The translations under genes were made by a program, and so were the position numbers. This document shows, in pieces, positions 23,480 to 36,682 of a DNA stretch of 64,000 bases. Under the pieces are notes generated by a model that made no database searches, had not been told where the DNA came from, and was given only the letters and a program-made list of their open reading frames with translations. The DNA is from Takakia lepidozioides (lineage: Eukaryota > Plantae > Bryophyta): positions 93,868,001 to 93,932,000 of the forward strand of contig CM060731.1 in the NCBI GenBank assembly GCA_030704615.1. The letters are read 5' to 3'. The first letter of the stretch is position 1. Every line of letters starts with the position of its first letter.

Positions 23480-26400
23480 ATGGCAGGCACCAAGCGGAAG
23501 ACACCAAGCGGAAGACACCAAGTTCTTATGCGCAAGTGAATTTCAAAATCAGCCCGGCGTTGCGGAAGATCGAACATGACACAGAGACACAGGAGACGTT
23601 GGACAGTCTTGGCCTGCGATACTTCATCACCACGCTGGACTGGAACCTTAAGCACGACGAGCTGTGCAGGGAGTTCTTGGAAAATTACAACACCAGCACT
23701 CAAAGCACAAATGTCCGCGACACACAGATTCTGCTGATGGAGAAGTACTTGGCGGAAGTATTTCACCTTCCCAGTTTGGACGTACCGGCGCACAACGACA
23801 AACCTCCAAGGTTTGTACTTGCAGATTTGTTTGAGAATCTCAACCAAGCCAATCAGGGCTACACATGCAGTCACAGCAAAAGCCCCGGCTTTAGGAAGAT
23901 AGCCCCGGTACTTAGGCAAAACCACAGCTACTGTACCAAGGAGCTAATCGATCAAGTGTTGATTTGCCTCAATGGGCAAATCGTGAATTGGGCAAGCTTC
24001 TTATTGAAGAAGTTAACCCAAGAATTGACACGGTTGACAAAGAAGAAGAAGGAAGCGACTGTTACCATGGCTACTCCCTTGTTACTCCAAATGATTCGAT
24101 ACACTGTACACCTGACACCCAAAGAGCAAACGACGTTGGGGATTATGCAGCGGGTAGATACAATGGAGGAAGAAGGAAGTGACACGACAGCAGGTCAAGA
24201 AGGAGAGGGCGGACTTGCAAAGAAAGCCCGGATCAATGAAGCAACCACAAGTACAGCAACAGAGGACATCATCAACTCGACGGCTGATTCCACAGTGCAA
24301 AGAGAAGGGGAGAATCAACAGCCAGAAGGAGGGAACCAACCACAGACCAATGAAGCAACACCTATGGAAATTAGCTATGGTAACACCAAAATCCAGCAAA
24401 CAACACACACAGAGGCCACACAACCAGGAATAGAGGAGGGAGACATAGTGGCGCAGCAACAGCAGATGGTGCAAGAGGCACCCAGTCAGCATCAACAGCA
24501 GATGGTGCAAGAGGCACCCAGTCAACAACAACAGCAGATGGTGCAAGAGGCACCCAATCAGCAGCAACAGCAGGTGGTGCAAGAGACACAGAATCACCAG
24601 CAGCAAGACAATAATTCCAATTTGGAATTACTACTAGTACAACATGTTCTGGATACAACAACATGGGACACAGGGTTGGAAGAAACGCCACAGAATGTAA
24701 TTCTGCAGGCAATACAAGCATTGGGTCAAGTGACAGCTTGTATGGACAGGGCCAATGATTACATCAGCCTGGAGAACCTTAGCATGATCTTAGACCACAT
24801 CAAAGAGAAACACCAGAGGGAATTGGCGACAGCAAGAACAGTATGTAACCACGAGGTTACAATCGCAGCGTTAGAAGATCAAAAGACGACCTTACTTTGC
24901 CAATGCAACACTTTGACACAACACAGAGATGAGTGGGAGCATAAGTGGTAAAGACAGAGAGATGAAACACGCCATGTCCAAGCCGACCTCGATGCAGAAC
25001 GAGAACGATCTCGGAAAAAACAGAGACAGAGGTGGAAACACTCACAGGACATGTGCAGACGCTTAAGTAGCAGGTGGAGACACTCAAGGGGCAGCTGAAG
25101 ACTGCCAAAGACCAGGGAAACAAGTGGCTCTCATGCAACACTGCACTGCTGAGAGAAAGGGAAAATGCTGAAAGCAGGTTGTTCACAGCCACCACGGAAA
25201 GAGACATTGTCATGGGCAATGAACAAGAATGGAAACAGCAGCTGGAGAAGCTGACACTGCAAGCAGGGCTGGACGCAGCAGACGTAGCCTTGGCCAGAGC
25301 CTGGTTGAATGAAGGGAGTGAACTGGAGATGAAGAAACTCAATAGGGCAATGGTGAGACAGATGAAATGTCAATTGGCGAAGTTGGTGACAGACATTCAC
25401 GAAGAATTCCTACCACCAATTCCAGAACAAGAAGATGATCAAGAGGAGCAAGACCATGAACAAGAAGCACCGATACAATCAACAACAACAACACCAGCAA
25501 AAACACCACCAACAACACAACCACCACCAAGTGAACAGACACTGGTACAGGCCACAGCAGGGCCAGCTACTCAAGAGGTAAACCCCGTACCATTACCAAG
25601 TGTTCTGGTGGCATCAACTTCGGTAGCAGTGAATGATTTCCAAACCATGCCATGCAAGCAGGATGGGGAGTGGCTAAAGTATTCAGAGGAATACTTTAAA
25701 ATGATGGTAGTCCCAGCCCACCAAATCCCAGAAATACTGGAAAAGGTATTCAAAACCTTAACCCCCTGCAGATCGTTGGGTCAATTGCATCTACTCAATC
25801 AAACTCTTATACCTCTGAGATACAGGATGAGGCCACTGGCTAGGGAAGAGACATGGTCAGGGGCAGAATTGGTTGAATTCTGGCGCCAGGCTCCCTTGGA
25901 ATACAAGGAGCTGGTGGCTTACATGTGGGCAGTGGGGCAATTGAAGATTAATCCTATCCCGGCAGTGGACATTGTAACGGGCTGCCCAAGTTTTTATATT
26001 GGCAGTTACTTGTACCGGATGTTCGTGACAATGAGGGGAACCTGGCAGCGCTATGAGAGTATTGAAAAAGATACTCATTGGGAATTACCCAAATTCCAGC
26101 CACCAGAGAGAGTCGCAGGCACTTCAGCATATATGAACAGACCACTATATGCTGAAGCATGGCGCCAGGCGAAAGACCACTTTTCACCATTGGTCTTGGA
26201 CAAAGACCACCCTTTCAGAGAAATAGGGATCCAAGCTATTAACTGGTTAATGGGTAGCACGACGACTAAAAATATTATATCCTGGACCAAGGAGGAGTTG
26301 CAAACCTACCGAGAAACCTTGACCACCAAAATCGACATGATACGTGGGGACGGAATAGCAGAACACCCTGATGACGAAAGCTGGTCCACTCATGAACCAG

Positions 26401-26534
26401 AGGAGCAACCAGACAGTGATGACAACAGAAACAAGAAGCTGCCACCACGACAATCCTGGGACACACTTCCTACCCCACAAACAGGCATGCCACCACCCTA
26501 CATCCCCAAGAGATACAGCAAGCACAGGAACTGA
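23480..26534 (+). pseudogene. ~1000-aa retrotransposon 3' accessory ORF (N-terminal conserved domain, Q-rich repeats, coiled coil, conserved C-terminal domain)
   Basis: ATG at 23480 is frameshifted by a 14-bp duplication (caccaagcggaaga x2); 36-bp repeats QQQQMVQEAPS at 24451-24594; homologous to 1-2219 (N-terminus) and 8521-9364 (C-terminus). Confidence 0.7.
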
Positions 26535-26557
26535 CGAAATTGTGCGGACACAATTTC

Positions 26558-26590
<33 letters not shown>

Positions 26591-26594
26591 TAAA

Positions 26595-27475
26595 TGATAG
26601 CGGCTATGCTATGAGGGCCAGACAGCGAGGGTCACAACGGGACATACCGGGTGGTGATTGGTGTACACTACCTGGTCACGGGCAGAAAAGGCTAAGTACG
26701 CGGTACTTAGCAAATGGCGGAACAAGGGTACATTACCACGGGAGCAGTAGTGGGTAATGTAGTAACCGTGGGCCGTGAACCACGATATCACACGACCACG
26801 TTAGCATCGGCTTTAACCAATAGAGGGAGTAGTGGACCGTTTACCACTATGGCTCACGACCACTACAACGAGCCACTTTTTAGCAAACCCTTTAGGTTGC
26901 GTAGGCAGTTAGGCAAACGGTCATTAACGACCGCAGGCTGTAACGACTCTTTTGAGCATAGTATAAAAATGTTGCACGCAACTTAGAAGAAAAGCAGTAT
27001 AAGTATCAGTGATCAGTGTGTATTCAGTGGACTCATAGTGATTCAATGCGTACTTCTGTGATGATGTGAGGAACTGAAGTAAAGCCATGCTATTCCAAAT
27101 ATCTCTGTGTAGAGTGAACGTGAGATGGAGAGAATGTGCATTATGAGAGAACGTGAGATGGTGAGAATGTGTATCATCTCAGAATAATTCTTGTTTTGTC
27201 TCGACTACCATCTGCTTGTATGAACAAAGCGGCTTCAGTCTTTTTGACTAAGATCTTTCATGCCAAAGAGACTGTAGGTTGGGCTTAATCAATAGGATTA
27301 AGCAGCTTGTAGGGAGATGGATTCATACGACGTTCATGGTTTAGCTATCCTTAAAACGATTACTTCATAATCGTTTCTGAAAGAATACCGTCGGACAACC
27401 TCTGTTGCATGTCTTAGGAAATGGGCAGTAGTGCTGATAGCATGTTTTATCTAAATCATAAACCAGCGGTTAACA
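26595..27475 (+). repeat. 3' LTR (TGATAGCGG...CGGTTAACA)
   Basis: Starts with TG after the poly-G PPT; ends in CA exactly where CACTA transposase coding sequence (LAAIVPG) resumes. Confidence 0.8.
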
Positions 27476-30383
27476 TTGGCTGCCATTGTGCCAGGTGAGT
27501 GTACTCATTTCATGTTTATTATTGCCTTAGACTTTACATTAAACTTTTGATCTCTGACGCAATTCGGATGCAAGATTGATGAGTGACATAATCATGGAGT
27601 AAGATGTGTAATTCATTTTGTAGTATAATTTGCATATTGGTGGAGCATTGAAACAATGATGTGAATGTCTCATAGGGAAAAAACAAATGGCAAACATGGA
27701 CACGTACTTGCGACCTCTTGTTGATGAACTTAAGGAGCTATGGAGGGGGGTCTCGGCATTGGATGCTTCACTTGACCCTATGGCCGGACAATCTTTTCAG
27801 ATGAGAGGCATCTTGCTTTGGACAATGCATGATTATCCAGGTATATTATGTTCCCCATGAACAACCCGCGTACATTCACTTGTCTATGCCGGATAATATC
27901 GATGAGGATTGGGATTGATTGAAGTAGCGGCGACAGTCTTGTGCACCGTAGTGGGGTAGATGACATTATGGGCCATGCACATGACAACTTTTTGTTTTTG
28001 CTAATGTGGTGGGATGTGTAGTACATGACTAACTGTTTGCTCGGGGCTAAGCACCAAAGGGTACCATGCATGCTTGCATTGTGGCGATGATCTTGATGCA
28101 CATAGCTCCCGCCATCTTCACAAGATGGTGTATCCCAACTACCGCAAATTTCTTCCTATGAGCCATCGATGGAGAAGAAGAGAGAAACACTTGTTTGATA
28201 GCAAAGAGGAAGTACGTCCCCCCCCCTATGACATCGTCCGGGCAGTTTTGGGAGGACCGATGGAAGGAGGCCCATGCGGGCACCGACGGTGAAGTGGACT
28301 TTCAATCTTCTACGAGTTGCCATATTGGGCGGTACAAATTCCACAAAAACACCGTCAATATCCCTATGTATGCATGTGATATTGCACATTTGGTATGCGT
28401 TGCATTGTCACTTTCACGTAATTTTTTTTGTGTAAGTCTTTGTGGGTGGGGGTATATGTAGGACCTGAAGATTCACCATCTTCTAGATCCCATGCATATT
28501 GAGAAGAATGTCTGTTCGTATCTTTTTCGGGTTCTTCATGGCACGCCGACAAAGAAGGGAGTGGCTGCAAAAGGAGATTCTCTCGGTGTTAGAAAGGAGC
28601 TTGAGGAGCAGGGTCGCATGCGCCATCTATGGGCCGAACAAAATGATGTGGACCCAAAGGGTGTTGTACGGTGGAAGTATAGGCGCGCACCTTGGCAATG
28701 GACAAAGGAGGAATACAAGAAAGTGATAGCCACCATAAGTGTTGTCCGAACACCAACTGGTTTTGGGTCATCCCTCCGTACAAAGTTCAGCGAAGAAGAT
28801 GGGGTCCATGGTTTGAAGTCTCATGACTTCACAATCTATTGCAAGACATCTTGCCCATTGCAGTACGTGGGACATTAACTCCCGAGGTTTGTGAGACAAT
28901 CTATAGATTGGGAGGCTTGTTCCGGTGGATTTGCTCCAAAGAGTTGGAAGAAGCGGATTTTCCATGCATGAAGAAGGAGGCGGCGGAGGTAATGTGTATG
29001 TTGGAGATGCACCTTCCTCCCTCCTTCTTTGACATCCAAGTGCACTTGGTAGTGCACTTAGTGGAAGAGGCTTCGATTGCCAGCCCCGTTCATTCTCGGT
29101 GGATGTACTTCCTTGAGCGTTATATGAAGACTTTGAAAGGATTTGTAAGATAAATGGCGTACCCGGAGGGTAGCATGGCGGAGGGGTATACGTTGCAAGA
29201 AGTTATGTTCTATTGCACGGAGTACATGGCAAGGGTGGATGAGGAAGCCCCTCGGATGTGGAAGGAAGAGGAGGATGCACGAACCAAAGACATCGTTTTG
29301 CCCAAAAAATCGAAGAGGGTAAAATTGCCAACCTTGGTGATTGAGCAAGCGCATGACTTCATACTGAAGAACACCCCATCCATACATGAGTGGGAGGCAA
29401 GATACAATAATATTGTTCAGCAACGAGAGGAGGAGACGCTTGCATGGAGGCAGAACCATCCAAGGCCGGTTACTAGACGCCCACAACGAGGAGCGGGCCG
29501 CCGGAATGTTCCTTCACAAAATTTGCCCATGGAATTGTAGCTTCTAAGTTCATTCCAACGGTGGCTTCGGACTTCAGTTTATGACGCCGTTGCTCAAGGA
29601 GAGGTGGTTTCAGATTTGGTGCAAGACATTGCAAGAGACCCCTCTCAATTCACGACCTCATACACGGTGGTTTGGGTTCATGGTCGTCATTTCCGCATTC
29701 GTGCTCTTGATATGAAGCGCAAAACAACCTTTGATTCTTGCTTGTGTGCCACATATTGACAAGACTCTGTGTGGGGCAAGGGAGATACACGACCTGCTAT
29801 GAGCAAACTTGAGTACATTGGAGAGCTGGAGAGCATACTCCAACTTCAGTATACAAGGTACCGACCTCTTCTCTTCAAGGGCAGGTGGCTCTAGCCACAT
29901 TTTGTGGGGCCCTCCGCAACACTAGTGCAAGATGATTGTGGTTTCATGCGCGTCAATGCAGATAGGCTCAACCCTACTCATCGTCCCTCCGATGAGCCTT
30001 TTTCACGGCCTTTAGACATGGAGCAAGTTTTCTTCTCCGATGACAAAACAAGAGGGGGGAATTAGAAGGTGGTTGTGCATGCTTAGCCAGCGGTGGATGA
30101 AGAGACTGGTCATAATGATGCTGATGATGGAGGTTCGGTAGAGGGGGTAGAAGAGGATGATGACGCCCCGGACAATGCATCCCGGACCCTATATGATGAA
30201 GCTCCAGAAGATACGGATGTTGGAGAAGGAGACGAAGACACGGCCATTGACAACGAGGTGGAGGATGATTCGGAGGTGCCTTTTGAGGGCGGGGCCATTT
30301 ATGACGACGACTCCGATGACCAAGAAGACTTGCAGCTTGATGAGGATGAAGAAGCTCCGGATGATGATGTTCAAGTTGATTAG
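27476..30383 (+). pseudogene. CACTA TnpD/Tnp2 transposase (Transposase_21-, DUF4218- and DUF4216-like), decayed
   Basis: MDTYLRPLVDELKELW...LLWTMHDYPG; LDPMHIEKNV; LEMHLPPSFFDIQVHLVVHL...RWMYFLERYM...PEGSMAEGY; internal stops; acidic tail. Confidence 0.9.
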
Positions 30384-30714
30384 ACACCAAATCAAAGCTA
30401 CATAACAATTCTCGCACCGAACTGGACCCATCCCTTCGATTGATTGTACATGTACATGCATATTGTAGTTTATTTCTATGATTGATCAAATATGGTTGTG
30501 GCTGGTAGTGTTTCAAGAAAAAAGGCAGAGGCAATGAATATGTTGGAACAACACATACAGATGCGGTATCAAGAGAATTATCAAAATGAATGTCACAATC
30601 TACAAGAAGGTCCACAACAACAAGCTAAACCATAAAGAAAAACAAACACCCTACCCCCGTACCATATGACTAAGAACCCCCAAAGGCCCTAAACCTAAAC
30701 CTAGAAAGCCCTGC

Positions 30715-31212
30715 CGTTGCTGCCTGCGACCCCCACACGTCGCAACCTGCGACGCGTTTTTTTAGATTTATGAGGCCGGGGGTCGCAAACGGCGACGGCA
30801 ACCCGTCACAAACTGTGACATGTTTTTTTGGTTTGAAAGAATAGGGCAGCCGGGCTGTTTGCGACGCCCGGCCGTCGCAGGGGCTTTTTGCCATTCATGC
30901 CACCATGCGACGGCCGAGCGTCGCAAGAAAGGGCCGCGATGAAAGAAAGGACAAGAAATGGTTGTTTTTTTTTTGGCTTGCGACGACCGGCCGTCACCAG
31001 AAAGGGCTGCCTTCTGCCCTTCGCTGGTGGCGACGCTTGGGCTTTGCACGGAAGGGCTGCCTGCTGCCCTTCATCTGCCCATGCGACGGCTAGGCGTCGC
31101 CGCCTGGCCCCGGCGCCAGGTGGCGACCCGCGGGGTTTGGTTGCGACGGCCTAGCGTCGCAAACAGGCTCCGCGGGGTTGGCGTCGCAAACCCCCCCCCA
31201 TTTGCTATAGTG
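30715..31212. repeat. CACTA subterminal repeats and right TIR
   Basis: Many GCGACG/CGTCGC motifs in both orientations, ending in TAGTG. Confidence 0.85.
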
Positions 31213-31260
31213 CCCTCTTGTGTCCCGACCCCCCTGCCCTCAAGGCAAAGGGCCGCGACA
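31213..31260 (-). repeat. First 48 bp of an LTR (same family as 7796-8520), interrupted by the CACTA insertion
   Basis: The reverse complement of 31219-31260 is identical to 7796-7837. Confidence 0.75.
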
Positions 31261-32111
31261 CAAGGAGTCTGGCAACCTCATAAACTCCTCCTATCGCACC
31301 CTAAATCCTGATGATACAACCTCATTATTGTAGGCACGTTCCAAGGTAGACCAACGGATCACACAATACCCCCATAGTTATTAACATGTACATGTGTTAA
31401 CTACCCATGCCTCTGTCTTGCAAGACTATGCCCAGATATTCTTTTTGTCCAAGGATTCCCCCTCTCGTCGACAATACCAACATGCCCACTCCCATTTCTT
31501 ACCATTCATATCATCAAATTCACTTTCTATCATGATAGCTATCTGGATCAATCCATTATATATAAACGTGAAAAATATGAACCCCTTGTTTTGGCTCTCC
31601 GTCAATACGGATGGAACGCCGCCCCTCTAATAATCGTCACCGCGGGTGTCAGAGGAGGTGCTCATTGCCATAACAGTCTAATCCTAAAAGAAAACATAAA
31701 GCTACCTCCGCAATATACCACCCCCTTGTTACGAACCATGCACTTCACAGCCATCACTTCACTCACAGCCATTATCCTCAACAAAAGAAAGATTGAAAAC
31801 GGCTAGCTAGCCGCTTAGTACTTGGTTCCGGTCTCCATAGAGCCCACCCCCGAAAGGGGCAGTACCCACAAGGGGAAGAAGCTCTTATTTACGCTAGCTC
31901 CGGTTGGCATCGTATATATGTATATATATATACCTCCAAGTATATAAGGCGCCAAATGTCTATTAACATAATGTTTAAAATTGGTGGTTGTAATGACAAA
32001 AATCTACCACAAAATGACAAAAATATGCATTGATGTGTTGCGATTGTTGCGCAGCCTAAAATGGCCAACCAGTTTCTGCCAGACGACGTTCGCCTGTTGT
32101 GATATATATAC

Positions 32112-32613
32112 CAGTGTTGTTCTGGTATCAGGTTTAGGACATACCAGACTGGTCGTGGTACTAGACACTCACAAAACTTTCATACCACTCTAGTCTATAT
32201 AATGGTGGATGTATTTTTTTTTCCCAGATACTGGTATGAATATGAGTATGAATATCATGACCACAATACCAGCTGGTATGAGATATCAATTCTGGTATCA
32301 TTCCAAAGCCATCTTGAACTACAAGTTTATCAAATAGCAAGTATTAAGTGAAAACAAATACAATACACATAAAGAAGTAAATATATATAAATACAACTAT
32401 GTAGGCATATGTACACATAAATTAGTATAGTACACATACCAGAGTAAATGAGGAAGACGGTAGGGGGGAATGGTATCGTGGCTGGTATGAAAAAACTGAT
32501 ACCAGCCTAGGTCTGGTATATGACCAAGTATTCTCCCAAATGATACCAGACCAATCTGGTCTCTAATACCAGTACATATACCAGTCCGTCACCTATATAC
32601 GAGTCCAACAGTA
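32112..32613. mobile_element. hAT-like MITE with ATACCAG/CTGGTAT subterminal repeats
   Basis: Left TIR cagtgttgttctggtat, degenerate right TIR, flanking direct repeat atatatac; related to 38640-38941. Confidence 0.6.
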
Positions 32614-32861
32614 ATATATACCGGTCGAGGAACAGTGCGCAAACGATATGGGATAATTGTTTTCATGGTGGTTTCACTCGTGCGCTCTGAAGGCCCATTC
32701 TGATGATGCATGAAAGCCCTAAAAAGGGCAATTCTGTTCTCAGGCGGGCCTTGGGAGATAGAAAGAGAGACAGTGAGGGTGGCTTTCAGTGAGTCTGCGT
32801 GGATTAGGAAGGTTTGCGATGACAGTCTGTTTTGGAAGGGGAGAAATTGAGGAGTAGATAG

Positions 32862-35800
32862 ATGCCTAAGCAGTTTCAGTATTGCCGGGTGTGCCGGCTG
32901 AACCACAATCAAGGGAAAGGCCACAGATATGCTGTCAAGCACAACGAGCGCCTGTCGCAGTTGTTGTCCAAAGCCCTCCAGAAGATCCAGGAAGTCCTTT
33001 TTTTCGTGAAGAATGTGTCGCGCTTGCGTGAAGAGGATCGAGTGCGCAACAAGTTCTGGTGCTATTTCTGCGAACAGGAAATCTGTGAAAAACAGAGCGT
33101 ATTTGCCTGGTAAGATATAATGCCTTTTGTTTCAGTGGATGAGGGATAATCGTTGTCAGGACGATCTATACTGGATTGTTATTAGGGTTTGAGTATCTGG
33201 GTGTACCTTGAATTTAGGGCTTATTTTTCAGGTGAAGGCCTCAAGCCCGTCGATTTATCTTTCTCTTGCAATTCAGCAACTACCGATCTCGGCTGGGCTA
33301 CTAAGGATTGCGAGGATGTAGGGGCTGGGGCTGGGGAAATAGCAATCCCGTCTGCCTTGTCGTTGCACAGAATGGAAGGAAACAAGTAGAGAAAGGATTG
33401 TTAGAGAAGATGAGAGAGAATGGAGAATGGAATGGGGTTATAGACTAAAACCTCTACACAAGGTAGGAGTCGAAGCCACCCACGTTTGAACTCAGATTCT
33501 TTCCCAGCAACCACGCTCAGGTCTTCTCCCCCACCCTTTTTCTTTTCTTCTCTTTATTAATGAAATCCATTGACAAGCCTTTCAAATGCAAACCAGGAAA
33601 GTGGTTTTGAAAGGTAGGAAGTGAAATAACTCCTAAGGCTTTTCAAGGCTTGATGGAGGGAAATGACTCTCATTCTTGTTTTGGAGATTTTGACCCTTGT
33701 TCACAGGTAACCCTTGAAGATTACATCTCTCACTCGCACACATGTTTCATTTGCAAGTGTTGTAGTCAGATAGCACTCCAATCACGAAATTCAAATGTTG
33801 CCAAATCCCCACACTGGAGTCCACTACATGGTTCCTGTTTTCAAGGATTGGCCGGAGGTAATGTATCACTGACACATCTCAAAGCAACAGACCTACAGAT
33901 TTCATGGCATTCATGAGTTCGTTGTTCTTGTTTCAAATTAGTGAGAGTATCATTCAGCATCTGGCAAGCTTGAAGCACGCCACAAGTGTTAAAACCTTCT
34001 GGTCGGAGCAGGGAGCTGACATTGCAAAAAGGCATCTCTACATCCTTTCAAATGAAGACCTAGTGAAGGTGGGGGTTTACAATTTCAGCTAATTTGTTAT
34101 CAATTTTGCATTATTTCTCAGTTACTAAGTTAGTGGTACGATGGCATTCACAAGTCTTGGACTCCAGTCACTGGCAGCCTTCAAGAAGTGCTGTTTGATG
34201 CAATGCATGACATATTTTGTGGGCCGAGGGTTTTGGCGCACATAAAATGTCTGTGCTATTTCATCTCATCCAACTTTCAGAAACTGAAATTTTGTTTCTC
34301 ACATGTTGGCAGTGGGATGAAGCCTGCGAGGTGCTTGAGGCAGCAGTGGCTAAGAAAAGTGGCAGGGAGCTTGACGAAACAAACAATATCCACTCTGATG
34401 CCTGCCCTTTCCCTGAGGGATCCACTTTTGGATTAGGGAGTAGAAACATTCTTGCACATGTTGCTTCGGTAGATGCTGTTCAGCCTTTATCAGTCCTTAC
34501 GGTTGGGAGGTCTCAGAATTTTGGCCCAGCAAATGGTGGGCCTCTATCCCTGGCTGCTGCTACCAGCAGTCAGCCGTGGCTGCCAAGGTTGGGAGAAGAG
34601 GGGACGTCGTCCTTTCCGAATGTATGGTGTGTGTCTGGTGAGAGTGCTTTGCAGGAAGGTTCTGGTCAGCCGAGGCTGCCGGAAACTGCTATTGCTGTAC
34701 CCATATCTTTGAAAGGTACATATCAGAAGTGTTAAGGTAACAATAATATTCGGTGGTGCTGGAGGAATGTGGTCATTCTTGATGCACAGAGTTTTTACGT
34801 GGGCGAGCTTTATTGTTGAGGATGTATGTCTTTGAATCTTAATTGTAAACATCTTGCATAGTATGGGCCATCACTTTTTCTTAAAGCCGCACAGTTTTTA
34901 CCTTGGCATCATCTCTTTCCAATATTTTTTTCCCTCCGGGGTTTCCAGAAATATGAGAGGGGGAGATGTCCTGAACCACAGATGACCAAATCAAACAGGT
35001 ATTACGATTCAGGTATGCACAATATATGGGTAATCAAGGTAATAGTTCAGTTCAATCCAATTTTGGTAATGATTGGTCAGTCTGGCTGGTGCTGTGGTGA
35101 TAATGAAAATTGGCACTTTCACAGAGGCCATTGGCATGGATGCTAGTCTCCGAAGCTCACCCAAGGTGTTCAGTGGAGGGTGGAGTGGTGGCACAGTTGA
35201 GCACACCAGCGTAAGTATCTTTGAATACTGTCACTTGCTGCTCTTCACTAAAATCCCACTGCTGGCCTGCCTTCTTTATGCGTAACCAAGCAGTTTTCCT
35301 GGCCTTGCGGATGGCGGTATGAGAGAGACATTTGTCATTGGGAAATAACCTAGCTGGACTTGTTTTTCAGGCAACTGATTGTATGGTTCTTCAATCTCGA
35401 CAGACTACAGCTGTTGATAAGCGTGGAAACGGCCAGGTTCATAAGGGGAGGTTGCAACGTAGTGATGCTAATGGCAATTCTCAATCTGCAGTCTCTTCTA
35501 TGGCCAATGCAATGTTGTCCCGGCAAACAGAGTCGGCTTTTGGTGAAAGTAAGTAAAGCCTATCTCTTTTAAGTTGACTTTCACAGTTACTTTGCATATC
35601 ATTGCAACTTCTAGGTTCTCCTTTTGAAGCAGTTATGATTTAAATCAACATATAGTCTGCAGTACGTGGAAAGGTAACAGAAAATTTGCATCATCTGTGT
35701 GGTGTGTGTAGACATGACTTCAATTCGCCCCTCCCCCTTGCAACCTGGTGAGGGTAATATACACTCGGGAGCCCTGCCTCCATGGCTGAAGCGCAGTGAT

Positions 35801-36682
35801 GACGGACAGGTATCTCAAGCCAATTCCGTCAATGCCATTCCTAGTATGCCACAGCTCTCCCGGACCCACGAAAGAAAATTGGCCAAGCTTAGAAACCCAA
35901 ACCGGGTTGGGGCAGCCTGGGCTGAACAGCGAAGGGCAGAGATTGAGAGGGAACAGAGAGGGGAGACCAACAAGGATACGGTCCAACAGGACGTTACCAC
36001 TTGGCTTCCCAGTTTTGGTCGCGTTTGGCAGAGTGGATCGCGGCGTGATACTCGGAAGGAATTTGAGGCTGAAAAACGGAGGGAGTCGATAAAGCTGGGA
36101 AGGCCTTTGGGAAAGCGGGGTGCTAACTCCACTCTAAGACCTGCGGAAGTCCAGCCTTATGTCAGCAAACGGCAGGTAAATGTCAGATGTCCATGAACCT
36201 TTGACATTCAAGGGCTCAATGTAGTTAATTATTACAGTTGACGAATATGTGCATTTTGAGAATCGCATTCCTAATCCTGTCAGATTTCATCAAACCAATA
36301 TTGTTGAAGCTTTGTTGTAACAGCCTACTCAATAAGCTTGACATTTGCAAAAACTTGTACCAGGACATTCCTATACAAGTTTTTGCAAATGTCAAGCTTA
36401 TTGAGTAAGTGGCGTGATGCTGCCAAGGAGTAGAGGTGCTGGGTACGGCTAGGACTGTCACCAAGCCTCTGTTATGGCCAATGTTAAATAGGGTTCTATT
36501 TTGGTCGGGGTTTGTAAGGTGGTTGTGAGCCCTGCTGTCTAAAGAAGGGACCTTGGTCGTCAAAGAAGCAAGGTGGTCGTGTGGTTCACATTGTAGGAGT
36601 TATACATCATGTCACGACAATCCAGCTCATTCTTATTCATTGGTCTTGCGGGGTGCAGCGGTTGGAGCATAGAGACAATTGA
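32862..36682 (+). CDS. TTL: TITAN-like protein (CCDC84/CENATAC family, zinc-finger)
   Basis: Exons 32862-33109, 33942-34068, 34313-34715, 35125-35210, 35371-35548, 35712-36175, 36659-36682 with phase-compatible GT-AG introns. Motifs: YCRVCRLNHNQGKGHRY, FWCYFC, IQHLAS, GNIHSGALPPWL, NPNRVGAAWAE, WLPSFGRVWQSGSR. Confidence 0.9.

Larger units (their letters stand above)
20452..27475 (+). mobile_element. Tat/Ogre-like Ty3/Gypsy element (5' part missing): protease end, RT, RNase H, no integrase, accessory ORF, PPT, 3' LTR
   Basis: LLGRPWL...HDWG; LRVCVDYRKLN; MPFGLCNAPATFQR; VFLDDF; HSDASG; poly-G PPT 26561-26590; LTR 26595-27475. Confidence 0.9.
27476..31212 (+). mobile_element. CACTA (En/Spm) DNA transposon, right part
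   Basis: Tnp2-type transposase exons, subterminal TTTGCGACG/CGTCGCAAA repeats, and terminus ...tttgctatagtg (CACTATAGCAAA on the minus strand) at 31212. Confidence 0.9.

Noticed and set aside
26561-26590. Long poly-G as a special G-quadruplex element
   Set aside because: It is the polypurine tract, and homopolymer length is unreliable in assemblies.
7794-31262. 44-bp perfect inverted repeat read as TIRs of one 23-kb element
   Set aside because: Better explained as two LTR starts of the same family in opposite orientation; one continues into a full LTR and the other is cut by the CACTA terminus.
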